A DNA stretch of 64,000 nucleotides from Curvularia clavata (taxonomy: Eukaryota): the NCBI GenBank assembly GCA_023920165.1, contig CP089278.1:1178001-1242000 (forward strand). Direction: 5' to 3'. Below, piece by piece: positions 1-12,228 of the stretch (position 1 is its first letter; each line of letters begins with the position of its first letter). Below the pieces are notes generated by a model. That model made no database searches. It was not told the DNA's origin and saw only the letters and a list, made by a program, of their open reading frames with translations. The translations under genes were made by a program, and so were the position numbers.

Positions 1-986
1 ACGTAATGCTTAGCGTAGTCCTAGACAAGAGTGCCAACAACACAGACAGACAGGGTCTCCACGTCCAAGGCAGAAGCTACTGGGCACCCGCCAATATCGG
101 CCCCTACAGCCAAGCGATATCTGCGCGCCTACCTTGCCCAACAATCACTGGCGAGAACAGTAGTACCAATGTAGGTGCAGAAGTTGTCTATATAGCCGGC
201 CAAATCCCCCTAGTCCCCGCCTCCATGGAGCCCTACACATCCCACGGCTTCAAAGGCCAAGCCATTCTTTCCCTGCAACACCTCTGGCGCATCGGCCGCG
301 CAAAAGGCGTGAGGTGGTGGACCGGCGCTGTAGCCTTCATCCCCTCCTCTACCGCCATTGATTCAGATATCCGGCACTGTGTCCGCACTGCGCAGCAAGC
401 ATGGCGGGAAATCCACATGGCAGCTTTACCCAAAGAAAGCACAGAAGACAGTGATGACGAGGGAGATGACATGGACCCCTGGGATAAACTCAACACTGCT
501 TCCTCTTTTTCCTCTTTCAAAGACGTTACTTTCCGCGCTCAGATACCAGATTACTCTGTTCTGAGCGAAACCACAGATTCTGAGCCCAAAAGTATGGTCC
601 CGCCATGCTTCGTCGCTCAAGTAGCTTCCTTGCCGCGCGGGGTAGATATAGAATGGAGTGCTACGGGTCTCGCTATCCCTTCTTCATCTTCACAGAATAT
701 CCAGTTCACGAGGCACGCGCAGTCACCTTATCTCAGCACGACAACGGTGCATGGTACACGCTCACGGTTTGTGGCGCTCGAGGTACATGGTGAGGAGCGT
801 GTGGAGGAGAAGTTGGGCCCCTGGAGGACAGCTACGGCTTATGTGAACTGTCATTTGCAGAGCAGCAGCACGCATTTGGAAGGGATTTTGAGCAACGGCG
901 GCGTGCAGTGGGTTCCTTGTCGGCGGGTATGGGGCCAGGATGGAAGAGAGGTTAGGGCTGTGGTGGTGGGGAGGATAGACGAGTGA
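1..986 (+). CDS. DPH6: Diphthine-ammonia ligase, C-terminal RidA/YjgF-like domains (5' end lies outside the window)
   Basis: Motifs GLHVQGRSYWAPANIGPYSQA, VYIAGQIPLVPASM, LSLQHLWRI and LPRGVDIEW are typical of the C-terminal YjgF repeats of fungal Dph6. Confidence 0.85.
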   Translation, partial: VMLSVVLDKSANNTDRQGLHVQGRSYWAPANIGPYSQAISARLPCPTITGENSSTNVGAEVVYIAGQIPLVPASMEPYTSHGFKGQAILSLQHLWRIGRAKGVRWWTGAVAFIPSSTAIDSDIRHCVRTAQQAWREIHMAALPKESTEDSDDEGDDMDPWDKLNTASSFSSFKDVTFRAQIPDYSVLSETTDSEPKSMVPPCFVAQVASLPRGVDIEWSATGLAIPSSSSQNIQFTRHAQSPYLSTTTVHGTRSRFVALEVHGEERVEEKLGPWRTATAYVNCHLQSSSTHLEGILSNGGVQWVPCRRVWGQDGREVRAVVVGRIDE

Positions 987-1306
987 GAAACATGATGCAT
1001 GAGATAAATGACTACGAATAAAAGAAGTCCAAGTTTCAAGAGTGTAAAAATCGTGCTTCATATTCCATTCATTCATATCCTTTGTTCGTCTCTATACCAG
1101 ACAAAAAGGCTGACCAAGTAGCTGCCATTACGTAGCAAAACTCATGTCATATACCAAGAACATGCCTAAAACGCCGTGTTTTCGCTCACGTGTATGTGTG
1201 TATATGTATTGTATAGTACAAAAAGAAGAGAGTAATTCCTTTTTAAGCTTACTTTTTTTGGGTTCGTCTCAAGCGTGTCATGCGTCCATCCAGGGTATCA
1301 TGATAT

Positions 1307-3446
1307 CTAGGCAATATTTCCGGCCAGTCCGAGAAAGAGGGCTTGGGCTGCAAGCTGCAGGGTCCAAATGCCCACCTTCTTGATGCGGCGCTTCCGTGTA
1401 GTTCGGTCCTCGAGGACGTCGCGAGCAAAGGCATCGTACATCTGCAAGCGTTAGTGCATGGGTTGCGAAGCGAGGGCATGGACAGCAACTTACCTCCTTC
1501 GATACCTCCTCCATCAGCCCGCTGTCGTACAGTGTCCAGCTTCCGTTAAACTCGCTGACTTTCTTGACAACTCTGCAGTTGACTGGAATAAATGTGCGGC
1601 TCGAATTGATGTAGGCAACAATCGGTCGTACAAGAGCGTTGTTGACGTACGAAATATCCCTCGTAAAGATGGGGACAGCAGCACGAACGTCATTGAGATG
1701 GACGCGCATGTCCATAATCATGTAACGCGAGTCCTCTCCTTGCTCAGCTTTGGCATCTTCATGATGATGTTCATCGAAACCGTGGACTGCATGGTCGGAA
1801 AAGTGGTGCTTGCGCTGTTGGGTAACAGTGGCTTCGACGCGGTCATACATATCAGACATGACTTTAGCAATGCTGTCGTCATTGTCGTTGGGGAACATGA
1901 CATCTGCGACAATATCGACGTTGCCCTCATGGATCCAGGAAAATGGGCCCTCGTAACCGCGGTTGAGATGGTCGATGTTGAGCCCGTCAATGCGTATCCG
2001 GCTGTGCTTCTTCCAGGAGCTGCCGTCCTCTGAGGCACGACCGCTGCTCAGCTGGGCGCCTGTATAGTTGTGGGTTTGCCGGGGGTGAATAGTGAAGAGC
2101 GAATTGTCGAAAGAACCAGACATCATGTTGGCGGAAAGAAAGTCATAGAAGAGCCATTGCTTTCGGAGCTGAGGAAGGTCGCAGGAGTAGATGCTGACGG
2201 AAAAGGGGCGGAAGCCGTTCGGTTGGTAGACGGTTACCAGTACATCTTCCATCTTGAACGAGTCAAGCTCAAAATCTCCAGGCTGGTGCTCATGCTTGTA
2301 TGACCTCGGGTCGACGCCTTCAATAGTACGCACTGAAGTTCGATCGACCACGCCTCGAATGCCCTTGATTTCGACGTCCTCCAGCAACCCTTTCCCGTTG
2401 AACCACTTGGAGAAGGACAGAGTGATGTTGACTGTATCAATGGAGATATCAAACTGGGTGTAATTTGTATCTTCTTCTGGCTCCGCGTTGGCTGAAGTTC
2501 CGCTCTGAGCGTCCTTTCCATGCTGAGCCCGAGCTGCAGCTGCAGCCGCCACCTCTGTCTTGGAACCCTTGCTGACCTTGCCCGTGCCTTGGCCGGGACG
2601 GCGTGAGACAAAGACATTGCGGAAGGAAATGACACCGTCTCTCCACTTGGGGACTACGGCAGTCTCGAAGACGACCTTAATGCCCGAAGACTTTGTGAGG
2701 TAGTTGCCGATCCACTTGCCAACCGTCTCTTGGGAAAAGGCCGTGTTGATGAGAAAGATGGTCAGCATGAAAAAGGTAGTGGTTCCCAAGACAATCCACA
2801 GAACATGCGCGGCAATGATCCACGAGAAGAGAGCGTATATCTCGTCGGCATTGAAGGGCCGGGTGCTTCTGATGGTAAGCCATTTGAAGTGAATCTTGAT
2901 GCGTGACCAGAAGCCTGAGGCCGCAGCCAGCAGTTCAGCCTTACTAGGGCGGTATATGTGTGGTAGGTGGTGGGGTAGGCGGTCGAGGAGGGGTTTTGGC
3001 GTGTCTGGCGACTCGGGCTGCTGGTCTGGCGCCGGCTTCGAGGGTTTGGGCGGCGCATTAGGCTGAGGAGAGAGATTGGCCTGCGGTGCCTGGCCAGAAG
3101 ACCCACGCTTGCTATCTGACGATGGGCGGGTGACTGAACTCTTGTTGCGGCGGTTGTTGCTTCTAGTCCTGCTCAGTGCGCGCGAGGCCTTGGACGAGGC
3201 GTGACGTATACATGCTGCGAAGACAGCGCTGGTGATGCTCTGCTGAATACCGCATGGGCGAGGCTGTAGCAGTATAGGGCCCCGACTCAGGATCCAGCTT
3301 GGGCGAGGCCATGGGCTCGGAGCCGTGGACAGGCGGGCGAGAGCATGTGAAGTTGGCGGGCGGGCAAAGGCAACACTCTCTCGCAGCGGCGGGGTTGCCA
3401 GGACGGGGCGCCACAGCAAGCCGAGCGTTCGCACATGCTTGTTCAT
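1307..3446 (-). CDS. MDM31: Mitochondrial distribution and morphology protein 31 (inner membrane)
   Basis: ATG at 3446 (MNKHVRTLG..., presequence-like). Motifs FKWLTIRSTRPFNADEI, VVFETAVVPKW, GIRGVVDR and RIRIDGLNIDHLN. GT-AG intron 1493-1442 restores the C-terminus MYDAFARDV...KKVGIWTLQLAAQ, stop TAG at 1309-1307. Confidence 0.9.
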
Positions 3447-3768
3447 GATAAGCGCGGCGGGCACATTGTCGACGGTCGCAGGAGGAGGAATTGCGGTGCA
3501 GGCAGGGCGACAAGACGGGCCAAGAGGGAGGGTGTTATTCACGTCATTCCATTTGACGCCTCGCATTCGCCCGCAAAAGAAGGCGGCGGGCAGCGATGTT
3601 GTGCCGCTAATCCTTTTTCGGCCGCCCACCAGCGTCGCCTCTCCAAATTTCTTGAACACGCCCCACATCTTCACTGCCGCGCCCGACGACACCTGCGACT
3701 CGACAACTCAGTTTAACTACAGACCAGTTCGCATACACGTTTTACTTGAAAACACCAGCCTGCGCAAA

Positions 3769-4788
3769 ATGCCTGCCCCTACCGCCCTACAGCGCCGCCC
3801 CGACGAGTTCGCCGACAATGTCACCATGGAGGCCGAGTCTGTCCCGCTACCCACCGAGTCCGACGGCGACCTGATTTCTATGAGCATCGACCCGGTCGAT
3901 GCTGCGCAAACAGCCCCAGAGGCCCCCGCAGAAGATATGCCCATGGTGGACGAGAGCGGCAAGCCAAAGTTCCCTGCCGCCAAGTCGATACCGCTCGCCT
4001 TCCGACGTGAGCAGCGCAAGGTGCCCATCCCGCCGCACAGAATGACTCCGCTCAAGAACTCGTGGCCCAAAATCTACCCTCCTCTTGTCGAGCACCTCAA
4101 GCTACAAGTCCGCATGAACATCAAGAGCAAGAGCGTCGAGCTGCGCACCTCGAGCGCCACTACCGACACGGGCGCACTCCAGAAGGGAGAGGACTTGTAC
4201 GTGAAGCCAATTCAACAGGCGAAGTCTTGCTTTGAGCGGGGCTCTCCATGTAAACTACGAGTGCATGCTGACTTCCGGTAGTGTTAAGGCCTTTACTCTG
4301 GGTTTCGACACAGACGATGCGATCGCGGTATGCCCACACCATTTCGCACACGAATTGACGACAAACTAATATTGTTTTAGCTACTAAGGCTGGACGACTT
4401 GTACATTGAAACCTTTGAAATCAAGGTACATACCAATCGTTATGTTCTTACCATACATACGCTAATTCGGTGCCTCAGGATGTAAAATCACTCACAGGCG
4501 AACATCTCAGCCGAGCAATCGGCCGTATTGCCGGCAAGGACGGCAAGACAAAGTTTGCCATTGAAAATGCCAGCAGAACAAGAGGTTCGCATCAGCTCCT
4601 GCTCCCAATTCATCAGGTTCTAACGAATACCAGTTGTTCTCGCAGACCAAAAGATCCACATCCTCGGCGGCTTCAAGAACATCCACATTGCCCGCGAGTC
4701 CATTGTCAGCTTGATCCTCGGACAAAACCCCAGCAAAGTATACGGCAACCTGCGGACCGTTGCTGGCAGGATGAAGGAGAGGTTTTAG
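3769..4788 (+). CDS. PNO1: Pre-rRNA-processing KH-domain protein Pno1/Dim2
   Basis: [60 protein letters not shown] and [17 protein letters not shown]. Four short introns explain the split ORFs. Confidence 0.95.
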
Positions 4789-5224
4789 AGGGAGGGAACG
4801 AAAAAAGTTACCTTTTTCAAAGAAAGCGTTCGCACCGCAACAAGGCTAAAAAGCGATATTCGGCATTTACATGGCGTTCAAGGAGAAAGGGCTGGGGACA
4901 TGGCAGGCAATTACAATACCATCTGACATGACTTGATGACGATTGGAAGACGATGGGCTCACGCTACGTCGTGACATAGAGAGCAAATTTACGATTCACC
5001 CATTTTCACTCCTCTGCACGTGAGCATCGAATACGCTATACCACGACTTCTTTATCCACAAAGGCGAAATTGTTAAAGCACAAAAAGACAGCGATACAGA
5101 CACTATGAATTCGTCAGCGATACCTGGCTTCCAACAAAAGCTGCTATTATTTCTATGTTCAGCTATATACAACTAGATGTATCCCTATGTTCTTCCACTA
5201 CACAAAAAAAAGGAAAACTTTTGC

Positions 5225-8200
5225 TCAGGCCTTCTTACCCGCAGCCAGCCCCTGGACTCTCTTTACACCCTTTCCCAGCGCCCCAAATACCTTCCCCAGT
5301 CCAAAGCTCCACCCCTTAATCCTCACGCTCCACACAAAGAAATACACCAGCGCCCAATTGCTCACGCAAAACGCCAGAAAGATGCCGAAATCGCGCCACT
5401 TGTCGCCCGCATCGATACTCAACGACGCCAGATAATCGTTGCCGACACTATACGGGCAATACTGGCACGCCTCTGTCGCCTGGGGATTAAGCAAGTACCC
5501 GGGGGCACTGTCTGCAAAAGCACCCGCATACTGTGCACACGTGGCGCCCGGCGGGGGGTCAAACACTGCAGTTTCGGTGTCGAGGCAGCGAACGGGGACG
5601 CCGTTTAGTGTAGCAGCCAGAACACCGCCGACCCAGTACGTCGAGGGATTAACGTAGTACATCCAGTATTTCCAGAAGACGGGCATCATTTCATAAGGGC
5701 GCACAACGCCGTTGAAGAGACCGAACATGACGAAGAAGAAGGGCAGGACATTTGATATGACTGTGAAAGAAGGAGCGAAGGCGCATATCCACTGGCCCCA
5801 CGAGGAAATAAAGAGGAAGAAGAGCATCGTCATGAGGAAAACGTAGCCGGACGTCGAGCTCTCTGTTGGCAAGCCGCTGGGGAAGTACCAGAGAAGGAAG
5901 TACACGACGCTTGAGACGATGGCCATGGGGATCTCCGCAACGACTTGAGCGGTTGTGAAAGCGACCCAGCCATAGATTCTAGAGGGCAGCTCCCGGGCTT
6001 GCCAAAGAGCCATGTTGGAGTAGAATTTGGGCACGACGGCGTTGACAATGGTAGGTGGAATCAGGATGATGAGGAAGGCTGTGAACATGCGGTTTTGCAG
6101 GTCGCCGACGCTGTTGCCCAGTTGCCAGAAGGTGAAGCCGTTGAAGATGCCGATGATGAAGGCGACGAAGAGTTTGCCGTAGAGGTACGAGGGGTCGCGC
6201 CAGTACTGGGTAAATGTGCGCTTGGTCAGGAGAAGCGTTTGCTGCCATGTCGAGGCTGCAAATTCGGATTCTTCTTCGACATCGCCGGCTTGATGAGTCT
6301 CGGATACGATTTTACTGCGCGAGCTTTTGATGCGTTCGATTTCCTCAATCATCTCTGCGTTGTTGGAAGATTTGAGCCATTCTTCGTTCCAGTCGATTTT
6401 GCTGCCGTCTTTGCGTTTGACGGGTTTGGCGGCGGTTTCGAGAATGAATTCCGCGACGTTCTTATTCGGAGGACAGTGTACGCCGCGGTCACCAAAGTAT
6501 TGGATGACGTCTTTGCCGTTTTCGCCGACTGGGCCGAAGTAGAAGGTGTTGCCGCCAGGGTTGAGGGCGAGGATCATGTCGAATTGTTGGATCAAAACAC
6601 TGCTGGGCTGGTGGATAGTGCATACAATGGCCTGACCTGCTTGTGCAAGCTTCTTCAGAAACTGAACAATGGAGTATGAAGAGTTGCTGTCGAGTCCACT
6701 GGTGGGTTCGTCCAGGAAAAGCAATAGTGAGGGTTTTGCTGCCAGTTCAACACCAATGGTCAGACGCTTCTTCTGTTCGACACCCAAGCTCGAGACCAGC
6801 GCATCTTGGATATCCTGAAGCTCAAGAAGGTTGATGATCTTATTGACGTAATCGAGCTTCTCTTGTTTGGGCGTCTTCTTGTCCTGTCTCAGCAGAGCAG
6901 AGAACTCGAGAGCCTCGCGGATTGTAGCGGTGCCGTCATGCAAGTCCATTTGCTCGCAGAAACCAGTTCCTCGTTGGAAGGCCTTGCCAAGATCCTTACC
7001 GTCAACCAGGAACTCTCCGGAAACCACTCCCATGGTCTGTCGCTGCGAAAGAGTGTTGAGCAAAGTCGACTTGCCCGCACCCGAGGCACCTACCAGCGCA
7101 ATCATAACACCGGGTTTCGCATATCCGTTGACCTTGTTAAGAAGCTTACGCTCACCGCCTTGGTAAGGGACAGTATACTCGACGTCCTTCCAGGTAAAGA
7201 CGCTTTCGCTGCTCGAGATGGACTCCAGTGCCTCCTCTTCCTCATGGGCGGTAGTGTTGGTGCTGGCTGTCGACTCGCCAGCCGTCACCTTCTCCTCATC
7301 GACATGACCATCTTCCTGAATAGCCTTCTTCGCGCGCTTGGTTTTTGCAAAGACCAGCGCACCTCCGCCAGTCTGCGCGAAGGACACCGTCTCGGTTGCA
7401 ATCACTGTCACCAGCAGATACAGCACAGAAAAGGCTATCACAACACCAAAGTTGCGCCACAAGTTCGATCGCGAGTAGTTGAAAGAAACCTGAAGATAGT
7501 CGGCCCCCGGTACCTGATTTGAGTTTGGCGATGCGCCTGTTATGGCACATCCTTGGTATGCTGGGTCAACGCCGGGGCCCTGAGGTACCAACTGGCTAGG
7601 GGCACAGTCCATGGTCCGGTCAGAGAATTCGTTGGTAAGGACAGCCTCGAACGAGTAGCCCACGGGGTTGATCCAGTAGATCCATCCGAACCAGATGTAG
7701 TCATTCAGCAGCTGCGTCTTGGGAATGACATATCCAGTGTAGATAATCAGCAAATTGAGCGCGATACCAGCGAATCTCACCGCGTCATCGATCGTCGGCG
7801 ACAAGGCAGCAAACATGCGGTACAGCGAGGTAACGCAGAAAGTAGTGGTGTAGATGAAGAGGAAGTAGATGAAGAACTTGGACACGTCGACGTCGAGGCC
7901 AGTCATGAAGTACATGGCAATGGAGAATGGGATGACTTGCGCCAGCAGCAGCGGGATATCCTGTACCACGCGCGCAACAACCACCGCACTGGGACGGTAG
8001 AAAGCATAGTCTTCGTGTCGCTTGACGACATTGCGTCCCGAAACGGCTTTCATGAGTTCGGAAAGTTGGAGCCAGCCCAGGAAGAGAATAGAGAAGAAAC
8101 CGGAACCGCCGCGGGTAAAGGCACCGGATGTATCCATAGCTTGGCCGTAGAACAGCGAACCGACGATGAGACTGTTGGAAATGATGATGAAGAACTTGGT

Positions 8201-9898
8201 GTAGAGCGTCGTTTTATCGCCCCAAGTTAACCAGAACTCTCGCTGGGTACAAGCCAGGACCTGGCGGACAAAAGAGACGGTAAAAGGCGACTTCTTGCGT
8301 ACTGTCTTGCTCTTGCTCTCGCGGACAGCTCCCTCAAACTCTTTGGCGTCGGAATATCCACTCCGCTCCAGCTCGGCCTCATACTCCTGTATCTCCCTCA
8401 ACACGCTTTTATATGCTTCACTCTCGCGGAAAGCCTTTTCAAGCTCCTCTGATGTCTTGGGCGCCTTGTCTTCGAAGCCTGGTCGGAACTGGCGCTCCTT
8501 GGGATCTGTAACTGCGGTTAGGAAATCAGCAGTAGTCTGGCGCTCTGGACATTGGAAGCCGAGTTCGATGAAGTATTGCTTTGCAGCGCGTGCTGGGCCC
8601 TGGTAGATGCAGCGACCAGCATCGATGACCATGACCTTGTCCATGACCTCGTAGATGCCTTCTCCTGCTTGGTACAGGGTGACTAGCGTTGTCCGGTTGC
8701 TCATATCGGTCATGATGCGCAGCGACTTGGCGTAGTCGAGGGCAGTACTTGCATCGAGACCTCTTGTGCTGTTGTCCCAGCAGTTGACCGTGCTCTTGGT
8801 TGCGAGGGTCTCAGCAATAGAAACACGCTTGCGCTCACCACCACTGACACCTCGGACATACTCGTCTCCGACTTTGGTATACTTTGTGTGGGATATACCA
8901 AAGACTTTGAGAAGTGCCTCGAGTATAACCGGAATCTCGTGTTTCTCGTTCTTCTTGGTCTTGTTGGTGAGCGCAAACTTGAGCGTCTGCCACACGTTCA
9001 AGTCGGCCATGTGCGAGTCGTCTTCGGGGTTGTAGTTGACCTCGCCCCTGAAGTACTTCTTCTGTTTGTCGGCAGGGATTCCACCGTAGGAAACCTCACC
9101 TTCAACCGCAGCGTAGCCCTCCCGGTTGTTGGCGATGGCCTTGAGGAAAGTCGAACAACCAGATCCAGGTCGTCCCAGCACCAGCATCATCTCTCCATCC
9201 TTGACAACTCCAGAGAAATCATGGATCAGCGTCCGCATTTGCTTGTCCTTTCCAAACTTGAGTGCTGGAACAAAGTTTGACACAATACGGTACAGGTCGG
9301 GCCCAAACGTTCCCAGGATGGCATCAGGGAGGGTTCTCGCGAACGAGGCAGTCGATCCTATGCCTTTAACTGTGAGATTCTTGTACACGACACCGACTTT
9401 CTTAGCTGATTTGCCGTCCTTGCGCTTCTCAAAGTGGCCTTCTCGCATAAATTGGCCAAGCTCGAAGTCATCCTCTTTTTCATCAGCAAAGGCAGCTTCA
9501 ATTTCGCCAGGTTTTTCGTCCTCTACATCACTTGTGCCTTCTTCGGCGCGTGTAATGGAGTCCCGGCGGTGAGTGTGCCGAGTACTGACTCTACTCAGAG
9601 TCCGGGACAAAGCATCTGATCGATGCGATTGAGCACCGCGTGATCGCGACCTGGAAAGCGAGGCAAGCTCTTCTCGCAGCACCTCCAGATCTTCTGCCGC
9701 GGTTTTCGAGTCTAGCTTTCCGGCATCGCGTTCGCCCCATGTACCCGACCGCTGAAGATGCTCGCGGTCAGGGCTCTCCTCCTCACTTGGGGTCTCAGGA
9801 GTCACTGCTTCTTCTCTCCCATTGCGAAGATAGTCATCGTCGTGCCATGGGTTCCGCCTACTGTCTCTTTCTGAGGGTGGGAGGGAGGATCCCCACAT
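5225..9898 (-). CDS. Full-size ABCG/PDR-type multidrug ABC transporter (NBD-TMD)2
   Basis: 1557-aa uninterrupted ORF. NBD1 has GRPGSGCST, VSGGERKRVSIAE and CWDNSTRGLD; NBD2 has GASGAGKSTLL, LGVEQKKRLTIGVEL and LFLDEPTSGLDS. Two TM blocks with Cys-rich PDR loops. Confidence 0.95.
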   Translation of the reverse strand: MWGSSLPPSERDSRRNPWHDDDYLRNGREEAVTPETPSEEESPDREHLQRSGTWGERDAGKLDSKTAAEDLEVLREELASLSRSRSRGAQSHRSDALSRTLSRVSTRHTHRRDSITRAEEGTSDVEDEKPGEIEAAFADEKEDDFELGQFMREGHFEKRKDGKSAKKVGVVYKNLTVKGIGSTASFARTLPDAILGTFGPDLYRIVSNFVPALKFGKDKQMRTLIHDFSGVVKDGEMMLVLGRPGSGCSTFLKAIANNREGYAAVEGEVSYGGIPADKQKKYFRGEVNYNPEDDSHMADLNVWQTLKFALTNKTKKNEKHEIPVILEALLKVFGISHTKYTKVGDEYVRGVSGGERKRVSIAETLATKSTVNCWDNSTRGLDASTALDYAKSLRIMTDMSNRTTLVTLYQAGEGIYEVMDKVMVIDAGRCIYQGPARAAKQYFIELGFQCPERQTTADFLTAVTDPKERQFRPGFEDKAPKTSEELEKAFRESEAYKSVLREIQEYEAELERSGYSDAKEFEGAVRESKSKTVRKKSPFTVSFVRQVLACTQREFWLTWGDKTTLYTKFFIIISNSLIVGSLFYGQAMDTSGAFTRGGSGFFSILFLGWLQLSELMKAVSGRNVVKRHEDYAFYRPSAVVVARVVQDIPLLLAQVIPFSIAMYFMTGLDVDVSKFFIYFLFIYTTTFCVTSLYRMFAALSPTIDDAVRFAGIALNLLIIYTGYVIPKTQLLNDYIWFGWIYWINPVGYSFEAVLTNEFSDRTMDCAPSQLVPQGPGVDPAYQGCAITGASPNSNQVPGADYLQVSFNYSRSNLWRNFGVVIAFSVLYLLVTVIATETVSFAQTGGGALVFAKTKRAKKAIQEDGHVDEEKVTAGESTASTNTTAHEEEEALESISSSESVFTWKDVEYTVPYQGGERKLLNKVNGYAKPGVMIALVGASGAGKSTLLNTLSQRQTMGVVSGEFLVDGKDLGKAFQRGTGFCEQMDLHDGTATIREALEFSALLRQDKKTPKQEKLDYVNKIINLLELQDIQDALVSSLGVEQKKRLTIGVELAAKPSLLLFLDEPTSGLDSNSSYSIVQFLKKLAQAGQAIVCTIHQPSSVLIQQFDMILALNPGGNTFYFGPVGENGKDVIQYFGDRGVHCPPNKNVAEFILETAAKPVKRKDGSKIDWNEEWLKSSNNAEMIEEIERIKSSRSKIVSETHQAGDVEEESEFAASTWQQTLLLTKRTFTQYWRDPSYLYGKLFVAFIIGIFNGFTFWQLGNSVGDLQNRMFTAFLIILIPPTIVNAVVPKFYSNMALWQARELPSRIYGWVAFTTAQVVAEIPMAIVSSVVYFLLWYFPSGLPTESSTSGYVFLMTMLFFLFISSWGQWICAFAPSFTVISNVLPFFFVMFGLFNGVVRPYEMMPVFWKYWMYYVNPSTYWVGGVLAATLNGVPVRCLDTETAVFDPPPGATCAQYAGAFADSAPGYLLNPQATEACQYCPYSVGNDYLASLSIDAGDKWRDFGIFLAFCVSNWALVYFFVWSVRIKGWSFGLGKVFGALGKGVKRVQGLAAGKKA

Positions 9899-10889
9899 TT
9901 TTTTCAGCCTATGATGAAACTAATTTGTAATCAAATAATTGTATGAGGGATAGAGGAATCGAGAAGAAAGAAAGTCTGCAGAGATGCAGCGAAGGCGATT
10001 AAGAAAAAGATTGACGACGAGTATACTTGTGACAGAGGAGTATTGACAGAAGTAGCCTGGTCACAACGATGGGCAAGAAAACGCAATGTATACCATTGCT
10101 GTGGACCTCAGGCCAAAAAAATCCATCAAGTAGCAGGAGGCAACGGAGATAAGCAGGGATGTCGTCATGCCCGAGATTGGCTCCATGATTTACTTGCCTT
10201 ACCGAGAGACTAGAGGGCGACGTGCATCCACTCTACCTCACAACCAACTCCGAGACAGTGTTGTAGGCCCAATTTTTTTGCATTACCAATCAATGCTGCC
10301 CAAAAAAAGGATGATGAAGGATTTCCCGCAGGAGAAGGTGTCCCTGCATATTCTTGGCACAAACACGAGTCACTTTTCGCTCGTGTAATGTGGACCAATT
10401 AGTCAAGATTGACACGCGTGTACTTGAAGCCTGCAAATAGCCGTTGTTAGAAATCGGACAGACGGCGGATCCCCTCTATGTATGGATGTTTAGGCCGATG
10501 CGGCTGTTTCTACCGCTGCCGTTCTGCATGCATCCTGGCATGGATTTTCCCTCCTGCGGACAGACCCGTGAACCGTCGATCCTGCCAAGACTGTTACCGC
10601 CTTGTCTTAACTCCGTCTTGCGTGCTTATTCCTATGTCAGCATCTGACGCGATTTTATCAAGTCGCCTATATGAATACCGGTAGTGCAAACTGGGCATGC
10701 CGCTTACAAACGTTGAGAAACAAACGCCCATAAGTGGATTAGCGCCGGGGTTCACAAAGATAAGTACCACAACGTCGGTGAGCGTTAATATGGATAAATT
10801 CTACCTTAAGGGGTATTCGCATGTGAATGTAATCGTGTGTTTATAAGCATCACCATCCTTCTCCTGACCGAAGGCATGCGCTGCAACGT

Positions 10890-12228
10890 CTACGGCTTCT
10901 TCTCAATGAGCTGGGGAATATCCTCGGGCTTGTTCTTTCCCTCGAGGATGTTGTAGACTGCAGTGAAGAGCGGGAACTCGTCTTCCATACCCTCAGCCTT
11001 GAGGAATTCATTGACCTCATATGCAGTGCTGGTGCCTTGCAGTTTCTGGCCATTGAGCTCCGTCTGCTCGATCTCGTTGATGGGCTTGCCGCGCTCAACG
11101 GCCATCTTTGCGCAACGGAAGTTTCGTCCACCCATGCACGACGTAACCACGTCGGCAACACCGCAGCTTTCTTCGGTGAATGTACTGGTGCGCGCACTCT
11201 CTCCGAAGAAGGCCTTGCCGAATCGGACCATTTCCAGAATACCAACACGCATGACAGCGGCCTTGGCGTTGTCGCCCCATCCCAGACCATCTACAAAGCC
11301 TGCCGCAAGAGCGATGATGTTCTTGAGAGCACCACCAAGCGAAACACCAGCCACGTCGTTGACGATGTGCACATGGAAGTAGGGGCGGTGGAACAGTCTA
11401 CGAACGTTTTCGTGTGACAGGGGCGGGTACTCATTAGGCAGAGCAGTCAGATGGGCAGAGCGCTTACTAGGTTGCTGCTTGCTGGGGTCGATGAGATCGA
11501 CGTGGGAAGTGAGATCAACCTGGGACGCACTTGGTGAGCCCTTTGGTGTGGGATGGCGCGAGTCCATTGGCGGGGGGTCGTATGCCACAGTTGTCTCCGA
11601 GTATTTCTCCTGGGCAATCTCAGACGCGATGTTGGCGCCTGAAAGTGCACCGCAGTAGATGTTGAGCGTCATGCCGATAGTTTCCGACATCAAGCGAATG
11701 CCCTTCTCACTAACATCGACGCCCTTTGTACAGCAGATAGCTCGTGCATAGGGGAGAATCTTTCCAACCAATTGCTGGCATGAACGTGCGATGAACTGGT
11801 GGGGTAGCACGAAAATGAGTATGGTAGAGTCTTTGCACGAGTCCGGGAGATCGGGGTTGGCAATGACGTTGGAAGGGATCGTGATGTTGGGGAGGTACTT
11901 GACGTTCTCGTGAACCCTGTTGATGATCTGGGACAGCTTCTCGGGCTTATCCTCGCCGGTGTAGTGACGCGAGTCTTTTGAAATCGTGTACTCCTCCTCG
12001 AACACCCACATCTGCACGGTTTCCTCGAACAGAGTGGGGTTCTCCTTGACGTTCTCGGCGACTAGTTTGGCCATGGTGGTGCCCCTGCAATGCCAGTAAG
12101 CCAATGCTCCATACTGTCTACTCATCTCCCAGAGCTCGCAGAGAGAATTATTAGCTGCCTGTTACATACCAGTTACCTGAACCGACCACTGTGACCTTGT
12201 GCTTGCGACCAGCAGTGAGAGACGCCAT
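10890..12228 (-). CDS. GPD1: NAD-dependent glycerol-3-phosphate dehydrogenase
   Basis: ATG 12228, [20 protein letters not shown], intron 12169-12085, then GTTMAK. Motifs [37 protein letters not shown] and [13 protein letters not shown]. Confidence 0.95.

Noticed and set aside
3325..3768. Overlapping upstream extensions of the MDM31 and PNO1 ORFs
   Set aside because: Both begin at non-ATG codons in a GC-rich bidirectional promoter. The plausible ATGs are 3446 and 3769.
5177..9930. Many antisense ORFs over the ABC transporter (likewise over MCM7, PEX1 and the MFS gene)
   Set aside because: Expected shadows of codon bias, with no recognisable motifs.
10800..10892. Stop-codon readthrough creating a peroxisomal PTS1 on GPD1
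   Set aside because: The stop context is TAG-ACG and the readthrough peptide ends ANTP, not an SKL-like tripeptide.
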